The notes beneath the pieces were generated by a model that was not told where the DNA came from, did no database searches, and worked only from the letters and a program-made list of their open reading frames with translations. The translations under genes were made by a program, and so were the position numbers. A stretch of DNA of 32,000 nt from Mycolicibacterium smegmatis (lineage in GTDB: Bacteria > Actinomycetota > Actinomycetes > Mycobacteriales > Mycobacteriaceae), in contig NZ_LN831039.1 of the NCBI RefSeq assembly GCF_001457595.1, positions 2,100,001-2,132,000 of the forward strand, given 5' to 3'. Positions 17,142 to 24,352 of this stretch are shown here, piece after piece; positions within the stretch are counted from its first letter, which is position 1, and every line of letters begins with the position of its first letter.

Positions 17142-17885
17142 TTAGATGGTGAAGCCGCCGGCGACTTCGATGTTCTGGGCGTTGATCCACCGGTTGTCAT
17201 CAGCCAGCAGGCTGGCGATGGTGTCGGCGACGTCGTCGGGTTCACCGACACGTCCGAGGGCGGTCTGACCGGCGAGCAGGGTTTCGAACTCGTCGTTGAG
17301 GCCGCCGCCGAGTTCGGTGCGGATGGCGCCCGGGGATATGGAATTGGCTCTGATCCGGCGGTCGCCGAATTCCTTGGCCATGTAGCGGGTGAGGACTTCC
17401 AGTCCACCCTTGAAGGAGGCGTACGGGGCGACCCCAGCGGTGGCGACCCGGGTGGTCGCGCTGGTCAGGTTCACGATGTGCCCACCGTCCGCCATCAAAG
17501 GCAGCAGTGCCTGGGTGAGGAAGAACGGTCCTTTGAGGTGCACGTTGAACAGCCCGTCGAATTGGGCTTCGGTCACGGTGGCGATGGGGTTGTAGAGGCC
17601 GTAGCCGGCGTTGTTGACCAGGTAGTCGAAATTTGTTTGGCCCCAACGCTCGTCCAGTGCGGCACCGACGGTTGTGGCGAATGCCGGGAATGACGCGGTG
17701 TTGGCGACGTCGAGTTCGAGCGCGACCGCCGTGGCGCCGGCGGTGGTCATGCGGTCGACGACACCGGCGGCGGAGTCGGGATTGCTGTTGTAGGTCAGGA
17801 TGACGCCCATGCCGCGGCGGGCGCAGGCCAGTGCGGTGGCGGCGCCGATGCCTCGGCTACCTCCCGTGACGATGGCGATGGTCAT
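17142..17885 (-). CDS. SDR-family oxidoreductase
   Basis: From the ATG at 17885, MTIAIVTGGSRGIGAATA provides the TGxxxGxG motif. Also present are NNAG and YASFKGGLEVL (YxxxK). RBS gagagagg. Confidence 0.85.
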   Translation of the reverse strand: MTIAIVTGGSRGIGAATALACARRGMGVILTYNSNPDSAAGVVDRMTTAGATAVALELDVANTASFPAFATTVGAALDERWGQTNFDYLVNNAGYGLYNPIATVTEAQFDGLFNVHLKGPFFLTQALLPLMADGGHIVNLTSATTRVATAGVAPYASFKGGLEVLTRYMAKEFGDRRIRANSISPGAIRTELGGGLNDEFETLLAGQTALGRVGEPDDVADTIASLLADDNRWINAQNIEVAGGFTI

Positions 17886-17958
17886 CGATGTCTGCCTCTC
17901 TCGAAGTGGTGGTGACATCGAGTGAACCGGCCTAGCCACGCCGGGGGAAGGGCACGTC

Positions 17959-17983
17959 TTCCTGGGTGCGCTGCACCCAGGAA
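17959..17983. promoter_or_regulatory. 11-bp perfect inverted repeat between the MmyB-like regulator gene and the SDR operon (hairpin terminator or operator)
   Basis: ttcctgggtgc-gct-gcacccaggaa lies 17 nt downstream of the regulator stop and ~75 nt upstream of the SDR start. Confidence 0.45.
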
Positions 17984-17999
17984 CGCACCGCCGACGCGT

Positions 18000-18851
18000 T
18001 TAGAGACGTTCGCGGTGGCGGGTGGCCTCCAGTGTCCCCAGAAGTGCCAGGGCGTCGGCGCTGGGCGATTCGGGTGCTGCCGTGGCCACCGTGAGCTGCT
18101 GGCCAGGCGAGCTACGGACATCGAAGGTCTGGTAGCTCAGCGTCAGCATCCCGACCTCGGGATGGCGGATGGTCTTGCGCGTCGCGGTGAGGCCGGCGAC
18201 GGCGTGGTCGTCCCACAATCCTCGGAAGCCTGCGCTGCCTCGGCGCAGGCGGGTGATCAGGTCGGTGACTTCGGGGTGGGTCGGGGTGAAGCCTTCGGCC
18301 AAGCGCAGCGCGCTGACCGACGCCTTGGATACCTCGTCCCAATTGACGTAGAACTCGCGCGCGGCAGGATCGAGGAACAGCGCGGCAAGCACATTGGGGT
18401 CCCGCTGCTGCAGGGGCGTGATCAGGGCGGTGGCTGCCGGGTTGGCGATCAGCACGCGAAACGCCGGATTGGTCACGTAGGCCGCCGCGTGAGGGAACGC
18501 CTCCATCGTCTGCAGCAGTTCCGGACTCACCGCGTCACCGCTGCGCGCCGCGGTCGGGGAAAGCTTGGCTAGGCGGAAGGCGTGCTCCCGCGCGTCGGGG
18601 GCTAGCCGCAGGGCGTGACAGATCGCATCGACGACCTGAGCCGACGGGCTGCGTTCGCGGCCCTGCTCCAGCCGCGCGTAATAGTCCGCGCTCACACCGG
18701 ACAACACGGCAACTTCCTCGCGCCGCAGACCGACCACGCGCCTACCCGCAACTGATGGCAGGCCCACGTCGTGGGTGCTGATCCGTGACCGCTGCGCGCG
18801 CAGGAAGTCGCCGAACGGATTCTCAGATGCCGGTGCGTCGTCACGGGCCAC
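18000..18851 (-). CDS. XRE-type helix-turn-helix regulator with an MmyB-like C-terminal domain
   Basis: ...FGDFLRAQRSRISTHDVGLPSVAGRRVVGLRREEVAVLSGVSADYYARLEQGRERSPSAQVVDAICHALRL... is the typical MmyB-family HTH. The GTG at 18851 overlaps the rrf2-like stop by 11 nt. The start is uncertain. Confidence 0.7.
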   Translation of the reverse strand: MARDDAPASENPFGDFLRAQRSRISTHDVGLPSVAGRRVVGLRREEVAVLSGVSADYYARLEQGRERSPSAQVVDAICHALRLAPDAREHAFRLAKLSPTAARSGDAVSPELLQTMEAFPHAAAYVTNPAFRVLIANPAATALITPLQQRDPNVLAALFLDPAAREFYVNWDEVSKASVSALRLAEGFTPTHPEVTDLITRLRRGSAGFRGLWDDHAVAGLTATRKTIRHPEVGMLTLSYQTFDVRSSPGQQLTVATAAPESPSADALALLGTLEATRHRERL

Positions 18852-19305
18852 GAAGGGCCTCCACGGGATTGCCGGCCTCGAACTCGGCCATGGTGTCACG
18901 TAGGACGTCGGCGATGGACGTCGTGGCCAGCGACTTGCGCAGCGCAGCGGTGGCGCGTGCATACACCCGAGACAGCACGGGTTGAATGCCGTATCCCACA
19001 TAGCATTCCGCGTCCGGGGGTGAAGCGTGCATGCCGAAGACCTCACCGTCGCCGACGGCGTTGTAGACGTCGAGCAGCGTGATCTTCGACGCAGCGCGGG
19101 TCAACGCCCAGCCGCCGTTGCGGCTGGACTCGACCAGGCCAGCGACCCGCAGGTCGCTCAAGCACCGGCGGATGACCACCGGGTTGGTGTTCACGCTGGT
19201 CGCGATGCGCTGCGAGGTACCGACCTCCTTGTCGGTGCCGCGACGATCGAAGGCAATCCACGTCAACACGTGCACCGCCAGACTCATCTTGCTGTTCGCA
19301 CTCAT
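18841..19305 (-). CDS. Rrf2-family transcriptional regulator
   Basis: The ATG at 19305 is preceded by gggagggg. MSANSKMSLAVHVLTWIAF...TSQRIATSVNTNPVVIRRCLSDLRVAGLVESSRNGGWALTR is an Rrf2 winged-HTH. No obvious three-Cys Fe-S ligand cluster is present. Confidence 0.8.
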   Translation of the reverse strand: MSANSKMSLAVHVLTWIAFDRRGTDKEVGTSQRIATSVNTNPVVIRRCLSDLRVAGLVESSRNGGWALTRAASKITLLDVYNAVGDGEVFGMHASPPDAECYVGYGIQPVLSRVYARATAALRKSLATTSIADVLRDTMAEFEAGNPVEALRGP

Positions 19306-19350
19306 GCTGCACCCCTCCCGACCTTCGCCCGTGATGCCGACGACGTCGAC

Positions 19351-19405
19351 TTGACTGTAACTAACCCTGTTACGTATGTTACCTGTAACAGGACCTGTTA
19401 CAAAC
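19351..19405 (+). promoter_or_regulatory. promoter/operator cassette A: TTGACT-N18-TATGTT with two GTAAC-N7-GTTAC inverted repeats
   Basis: ttgact (19351-56), gtaactaaccctgttac (19357-73), tatgtt (19375-80), then tgtaacaggacctgttaca, a 9-1-9 perfect palindrome within 19381-19405. It lies in the divergent region beside the rrf2-like gene. Confidence 0.55.
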
Positions 19406-19465
19406 ACCATGCTGGTCGATCAGAGATGCGTCTCGGCACCAACCGACGGGTGAGAGGGCAAAGCA

Positions 19466-19642
19466 TGTTTAAGGCAATCACTTTCGACACCTTGGCAGGA
19501 TCCGAATTGCTGCGGGTTCAGCCGTGCAGCCCCCGGTATAGCCGGCCCCACGAGGTGCGACTCGACATCGAATACATCGGTGTGAACAGGCCCGGCATGC
19601 ACTTTCGCTCCGGCATCTACCCAATCGAACAATGGAATTGAC
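19466..19642 (+). pseudogene. 58-codon N-terminal remnant of an MDR-type (quinone oxidoreductase/zinc-ADH superfamily) gene
   Basis: MFKAITFDTLAGSELLRVQPCSPRYSRPHEVRLDIEYIGVNRPGMHFRSGIYPIEQWN* aligns with the N-terminus of the full-length MDR gene at 24353..25402 (..VQFTRLGGPEVLEMV..PGHVRVEIRTIGLNRFEALFRRDHY). RBS gagaggg. It stops 4 nt before the LLM gene start. Confidence 0.6.
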
Positions 19643-19645
19643 ATC

Positions 19646-20551
19646 GTGAAACTCGGACTGTTCGGCATTAACGTCGGCGCAGGGACAACGCCACAACGAG
19701 CCCACTCGACCGCCGTCCTGGCAGAGGAGCTGGGACTGGAGTCGCTATGGGCGCTCGATCACGTCGTGATGCCCTCGGGATACGAAACCAAGTACCCTTA
19801 CCACGAATCCGGCAAGATGATGGGCGGCGCCGAAGAGGTCGACATCGCCGACCCCCTGACCTGGCTCACCTTCGCTGCCGCGGTGACCGACCGGATCAAG
19901 CTCGGCACTGGCGTCATCATTCTGCCGCAACGCAACCCGGTGGTATTGGCCAAGCAGGCGGCCTCACTCGACGTGCTCAGCGGCGGTCGCCTGCTGCTTG
20001 GGGTTGGGGTGGGGTGGCTGGCTGAAGAGTTCGCCGCTGTGGGCGTGCCGTGGGCCGACCGCGGCCGCCGACACGACGACTACATCGAGGCGATGCGCGC
20101 GCTGTGGCGTGACACCAAGGCCAGCGTGCACAACACCTACACCGATTTCGACAACGCGATCAGCCTGCCCCAACCCGCCGGCGGCGCCGTACCGATCGTC
20201 ATCGGCGGCCGCTCGAACCGATCCGCGCGCCGGGCAGCCGCGATCGGGGACGGCTACTTCCCCAGCATCACCGAGCCCGACCAACTGAGCCCACTGCTAG
20301 ACATCATGAACTCCGAAGCCCAACGGTTGCATCGCGATCCCACTGACATCGAGGTGACCGTGCCCTACCCCGGCGACCCTGCCGAACTCACCGCCGCCGC
20401 CCACGGTGACACTGCCGCGCTCGAACGCATTACGGCACTGCTGCAGGGATTCGCCGACAGCGGGGTGTCGCGAACACTGCTGGCCGGCGTGGCCGACGAG
20501 GCACTCCCGCCCTTGCTCAAGCACCTGGGCGACCGCGTCGATCTGAGCTGA
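19646..20551 (+). CDS. LLM-class (luciferase-like) F420-dependent oxidoreductase
   Basis: VKLGLFGINVGAG...LAEELGLESLWALDHVVMP...IKLGTGVIILPQRNPVVLAKQAASLDVLSGGRLLLGVGVGWLAEEF...PIVIGG is the typical LLM/F420 subgroup pattern. GTG start. Confidence 0.8.
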   Translation: MKLGLFGINVGAGTTPQRAHSTAVLAEELGLESLWALDHVVMPSGYETKYPYHESGKMMGGAEEVDIADPLTWLTFAAAVTDRIKLGTGVIILPQRNPVVLAKQAASLDVLSGGRLLLGVGVGWLAEEFAAVGVPWADRGRRHDDYIEAMRALWRDTKASVHNTYTDFDNAISLPQPAGGAVPIVIGGRSNRSARRAAAIGDGYFPSITEPDQLSPLLDIMNSEAQRLHRDPTDIEVTVPYPGDPAELTAAAHGDTAALERITALLQGFADSGVSRTLLAGVADEALPPLLKHLGDRVDLS

Positions 20552-20647
20552 TTGACCTGACGCCGCTGCTCACCCCGCAGCAACGCCCATATCCACGAGA
20601 CCCAGCAACGACCCCACCGCCATCCCTACACACCAAGGAGAACACCC

Positions 20648-21394
20648 ATGGGACAGCTCGACGGCAAAGTAGCATTGATCACCGGTGGAAGCGCCGGCAT
20701 CGGTTTGGCGACCGCACGCAGCTTCGCCTCCGAAGGCGCCCAGGTCTATCTGACCGGACGCCGTAAGGAGGTCGTCGACGCCGCCGTCGCCGACATCAAG
20801 GCTGACACTGGCGTCCAGGTCACCGGCATCGTCGGCGACGTGTCCGACATGGCGTCGCTGGACGCGTTGTATAAGACCATCACCGATCGCAGCGGCCGCC
20901 TCGACGTGCTGGTCGCCAACGCCGGCAGCGGCCGCCCCATCGGCCTGGCCGATATCACCGAAGAGCACTACGACACCACCTTCGACGACAACGTCAAGGG
21001 CCTAGTGTTTACCGTGCAGAAGGCGTTGCCGCTGCTGCCCGACGGGGCCTCAGTGGTGCTGATGTCGTCGATCTCTGGCATCGACGGCCAGCCAGGCATG
21101 AGCGTGTACGCCGCCACCAAGGCAGCGATCCGCAACTTCGCCCGCTCCTGGGCGATCGAACTTGCGCCGCGCAACATCCGCGTCTCGGCGCTGTGCCCCG
21201 GGCCGGTGAACACCCCCGGCATGAGCAACGTCCTGGAAGAACTCGGCGACGACGGCGCCAGCACCATCACCACACCAATGGGACGACTGGGCGAGGCCAG
21301 TGAGATCGCAGCCGGCGCAGTGTTCCTCGCCTCGGAACAATCGTCCTTCCTCACCGGCTCGGACCTGATCATCGACGGTGGCGCAGCCGTCTAG
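20648..21394 (+). CDS. SDR-family oxidoreductase
   Basis: MGQLDGKVALITGGSAGIGLATARSFASEGAQVYLTGRR..., NAG, and YAATKAAIRNF (YxxxK). RBS aaggaga upstream. Confidence 0.85.
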   Translation: MGQLDGKVALITGGSAGIGLATARSFASEGAQVYLTGRRKEVVDAAVADIKADTGVQVTGIVGDVSDMASLDALYKTITDRSGRLDVLVANAGSGRPIGLADITEEHYDTTFDDNVKGLVFTVQKALPLLPDGASVVLMSSISGIDGQPGMSVYAATKAAIRNFARSWAIELAPRNIRVSALCPGPVNTPGMSNVLEELGDDGASTITTPMGRLGEASEIAAGAVFLASEQSSFLTGSDLIIDGGAAV

Positions 21395-21666
21395 AGCCCT
21401 GGGCACTGTCACCAAACTGCACGAGACAAACTCGATGGGAATTCATGACTCTCTCCGGCAGTCCCCTCCAACACGGAGCTGGTTGCTGCGATGGCGCACC
21501 GACGTGAGCAGACCGGCACCAACTGGGCTGGTAAACGGCGCGCCGGGATCAGTCAGGAAACGACGCCTCCTGCGGATTGCGGTGGGGGAGTCGCGGCGGG
21601 ATCCGCTTTCTTCGCAGGCTGCGCACCACCAGGCGGACGGGAACGGTGGCAGCGCCGCAGGCGGAG

Positions 21667-21909
21667 TACGTGGACTCGATCGACATCAATGACCAGCTGT
21701 TCGCGCTGCCGAAGACGCGACTCGTACTCTGCACGCGTACACCAGCAGCGGCACCGTTGTTCTTCTGGACGGGCTCCGACGTGCTGACGTCTCGACGTCC
21801 GCTGAGTGACCGAGGATCCGACAGTGTCGAGGTCGGATTCGATGATACGACGCTGACTCTGAAGGCGGTGACGCTGCAGATGTATCACCGAGGAAAGCAG
21901 ATCAGTGTG
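21667..21909 (+). pseudogene. 5' part of a small ORF split by IS copy 2 (function unknown; start uncertain, the track ORF begins at 21577)
   Basis: The frame has high third-position GC (...SDSVEVGFDDTTLTLKAVTLQMYHRGKQISV) and runs directly into the IS end at 21910. It continues in frame after the IS at 23407. Confidence 0.45.
21901..21909. repeat. 9-bp target-site duplication (left) of IS copy 2
   Basis: atcagtgtg is identical to 23398-23406. Confidence 0.85.
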
Positions 21910-23397
21910 GAGGAATTGTCAATACCTGTGGATCGGGGTGTTTCAGGCGACCTCCGTTCCGGCGTGCTGACCGCCGTCTGAGGGCGATGTTGGCGGGGTG
22001 ATGTCGGTGGGTCGTTCGAGCAGTCTGCCTTTATGGAAGACCGCGCCGGCGCGGACCAGGGCGACCAGGTGTGGGGCGTTGACGGCACGCCAGCGGGCCG
22101 CGGCGGCGTCGATGAGCTTGTAGGCCATCGCTAGTCCGGCCGCTCGTGATCCGGGCCCCTTGGTGACCTTGGTCCTCAAACGCACTGTGGCAAAGGTGGA
22201 TTCGATCGGATTCGTCGTTCGCAGATGAATCCAATGTTCGGCCGGATACTTGTAGAATTCCAGCAGCACATCGAGGTCGTCGGTGATCTTAGCGACCGCC
22301 TTGGGATACTTCGCGCCGAAGTCGGCCTCGAAGGCCTTGACCGCGATCTGGGCCTTGTCGATATCCTCGGCGTTGTAGATCTCCTTGATCGCCGCCAGCG
22401 CCGACGGGTGCGCTGATTTCGGCAGTGCAGCAAGAACATTGGCCTGCTTATGAAACCAGCACCGCTGCTCTTTGGTGGCCGGGAAAACCTCGCGGACTGC
22501 TTTCCAGAACCCGAGCGCGCCATCGCCGATCGCGAGTACGGGGGCGGTCATGCCGCGGCGCTTGCAGTCGCGCAACAGATCGGCCCACGACTCGGCCGAC
22601 TCGCGGTAGCCGTCGGTGATCGCCACGAGCTCCTTGCGGCCATCAGCACGCACGCCCAGCATCACCAGCAGACAGAGCTTTTCCTGGTCCAGCCGCACCT
22701 TGAGGTGAATGCCGTCGACCCACAGATACACGCAATCAGTGGCCGAGAGGTCGCGGGCCCCAAACGCGCGGGCCTCGTCTTGCCACTGCGCCGTGAGCCG
22801 GGTGATCGTGCTGGCCGACAGCCCAGCGCCGGAGCCGAGGAACTGCTCGAGGGCAGGGGTGAAATCGTTGCTCGACAGGCCGTGCAGGTACAGCAGCGGC
22901 AGTACCTCGCTCATCTGCGGCGACTTGCGCGCCCAGGCCGGCAGGATCGCCGAGGAGAACCGCTTGCGTTCACCGGTGTCGGGGTCGACACGGCGGTCGT
23001 TGACCCGCGGCGCTTTCACCTGCACCGCGCCGGCGGCGGTCAGCACCTCCCGGGGCTGGTGATAGCCGTTTCGCACCACCAACCGGTGACCGTTCTCGTC
23101 GAGTTGATCGGCGAACTGCGCCACGTAGGCGGCGACCTCGGCCTGCAACGCCGCGGCCAGCATCTGCCGGGCCCCGTCGCGGACGATCTCATCCAACAAC
23201 GACCGACCAGCACCGCTGGCCTTGTCGTTGGCGTCCTCGGTGTCGTGAACTACGGTGAGCATGGGCGTACCTTCCCAACCAGCGCGCCAACGCCGGTCTT
23301 GATCGAATACCTGATTCCGTGAAGATCATCCCCGGGAAGGTGCGCCCATCTTCACGCCCCCACACCGAGGCTCATCCACAGGTATTGATCATTGCTC
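21910..23397 (-). mobile_element. complete IS256-family insertion sequence (IS6120-like), copy 2, 1488 bp
   Basis: The imperfect terminal inverted repeats are gaggaattgtcaatacctgtggat (left) and the reverse complement of atccacaggtattgatcattgctc (right). There is a single 439-aa transposase and a flanking 9-bp direct repeat. Size, IR length and 9-bp duplication match my recollection of IS6120 from M. smegmatis. Confidence 0.9.
21943..23262 (-). CDS. IS256-family (mutator-type) transposase
   Basis: 439 aa: ...LLDEIVRDGARQMLAAALQAEVAAYV...YLWVDGIHLKVRL...LVAITDGYRESAESWADLLRDCKRRGM...LAIGDGALGFWKAVREVFP...QRCWFHKQANVL...HLRTTNPIESTF. The DDE/MULE signature is typical of IS256 transposases. Confidence 0.9.
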   Translation of the reverse strand: MLTVVHDTEDANDKASGAGRSLLDEIVRDGARQMLAAALQAEVAAYVAQFADQLDENGHRLVVRNGYHQPREVLTAAGAVQVKAPRVNDRRVDPDTGERKRFSSAILPAWARKSPQMSEVLPLLYLHGLSSNDFTPALEQFLGSGAGLSASTITRLTAQWQDEARAFGARDLSATDCVYLWVDGIHLKVRLDQEKLCLLVMLGVRADGRKELVAITDGYRESAESWADLLRDCKRRGMTAPVLAIGDGALGFWKAVREVFPATKEQRCWFHKQANVLAALPKSAHPSALAAIKEIYNAEDIDKAQIAVKAFEADFGAKYPKAVAKITDDLDVLLEFYKYPAEHWIHLRTTNPIESTFATVRLRTKVTKGPGSRAAGLAMAYKLIDAAAARWRAVNAPHLVALVRAGAVFHKGRLLERPTDITPPTSPSDGGQHAGTEVA

Positions 23398-23406
23398 ATC
23401 AGTGTG
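23398..23406. repeat. 9-bp target-site duplication (right) of IS copy 2
   Basis: atcagtgtg is identical to 21901-21909. Confidence 0.85.
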
Positions 23407-23544
23407 CAGTGGCCCGACGTGTCGAGCACGACTGGTTTCGCATCGCTGACCTCACCCGGCCCGCATCGCTACGTCATCGCCGCCGATGTGCCAGCGTCTG
23501 GTGTGAAGGCGCGACTGTCATTGCGGATCGAATTCCATTGCTGA
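23407..23544 (+). pseudogene. 3' part of the ORF split by IS copy 2
   Basis: After removing the IS and one TSD copy, the frame continues QWPDVSSTTGFASLTSPGPHRYVIAADVPASGVKARLSLRIEFHC* (stop 23542-23544). Confidence 0.45.
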
Positions 23545-23693
23545 AAAACGGCATTGGAGAGCCTCGCGACCGCTGCAGTCCCGCGAGACCTCGGCGCCTG
23601 CGGCAGCAGCCCGCACGCAGGAGCCCGTCACGTCGATGACGTCGACCGCAGCCGCGGCCGGCTCGACATCACAACCCGAACGGAGAACGACCA

Positions 23694-24056
23694 ATGCCCG
23701 ACCAATCACCCCTCACGATCTCGATGGTGACCATCGACTGCACCGACCCCGAGCAGCTGGCGGCGTGGTGGGCCGGCGCCATCGGCGGTGAGATGACTGT
23801 CGCAGCGCCCGACGAGTTCGTCGTGGTGACCTCGTCGCAGGGCCTGCGGCTGGGGTTCCAGAAGGTCCCTAACCCGACACCGGGCAAGAACCGGATGCAT
23901 CTGGATCTGCACTCCCACGACAGGGAGCGCGACGCCGCCCGGCTCGTCGCCGCCGGTGCCACCGAAGTGGGCGGGCACGCTGCCGGCGCAGACTTCGCGT
24001 GGGTGGTCTTGGCCGATCCGGCCGGCAATGTGTTCTGCGTTGCCGGTAGTTCGTAG
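23694..24056 (+). CDS. VOC-family / glyoxalase-like domain protein
   Basis: 120 aa: ...ISMVTIDCTDPEQLAAWWAGAIGGEM...GLRLGFQKVPNPTPGKNRMHLDLHSHDRERDAARLVAAGATEV...WVVLADPAGNVFCV is typical of the small actinobacterial glyoxalase-like family. RBS ggag lies 9 nt upstream. Confidence 0.75.
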   Translation: MPDQSPLTISMVTIDCTDPEQLAAWWAGAIGGEMTVAAPDEFVVVTSSQGLRLGFQKVPNPTPGKNRMHLDLHSHDRERDAARLVAAGATEVGGHAAGADFAWVVLADPAGNVFCVAGSS

Positions 24057-24235
24057 GCGGTCCGCACTGGGAAGTAGGAGCGCCGACATCGTCCCCGTAC
24101 AGGGCGCCGCCGAGCTTTCCAGGCGAATTCCTCTCTGCTGCAGCGACTCCCGGCGGATCTGTGCTTTCAGGTCAGCGACATGCCCGGTCAACGGCGTCCG
24201 CAGTGGCTTACGGGGGACCCTTTCTGGCCGTCCGC

Positions 24236-24292
24236 TTGACTGTAACCAACTTCGTTACATATAGTCAGTGTGTAACAGGAATAGTTACAAAC
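24236..24292 (+). promoter_or_regulatory. promoter/operator cassette B (paralogue of cassette A): TTGACT-N18-TATAGT with two GTAAC-N7-GTTAC-type repeats
   Basis: ttgact (24236-41), gtaaccaacttcgttac (24242-58), tatagt (24260-65), then tgtaacaggaatagttaca. The spacing and layout match 19351-19405. Confidence 0.55.
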
Positions 24293-24352
24293 GCTGCGTC
24301 GGGACAGCCCGGTCCAGCGACGCGAGCACCGACTTGATTGGAACCAAAGATC

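Noticed and set aside
15712-17190. The 492-aa track ORF read as one gene.
   Set aside because: The first 156 codons are Arg/Pro-rich nonsense and overlap the well-supported VOC gene (16725..17120) out of frame. The Rossmann-fold protein starts at the internal ATG 16722, 2 nt after the VOC stop.
1-23397. The two IS copies forming a composite transposon that carries the 21 kb between them.
   Set aside because: Copy 2 has its own perfect 9-bp target duplication, so it inserted as a single element. The intervening DNA includes a conserved core gene block, and copy 1 interrupts a core gene. These look like two independent insertions.
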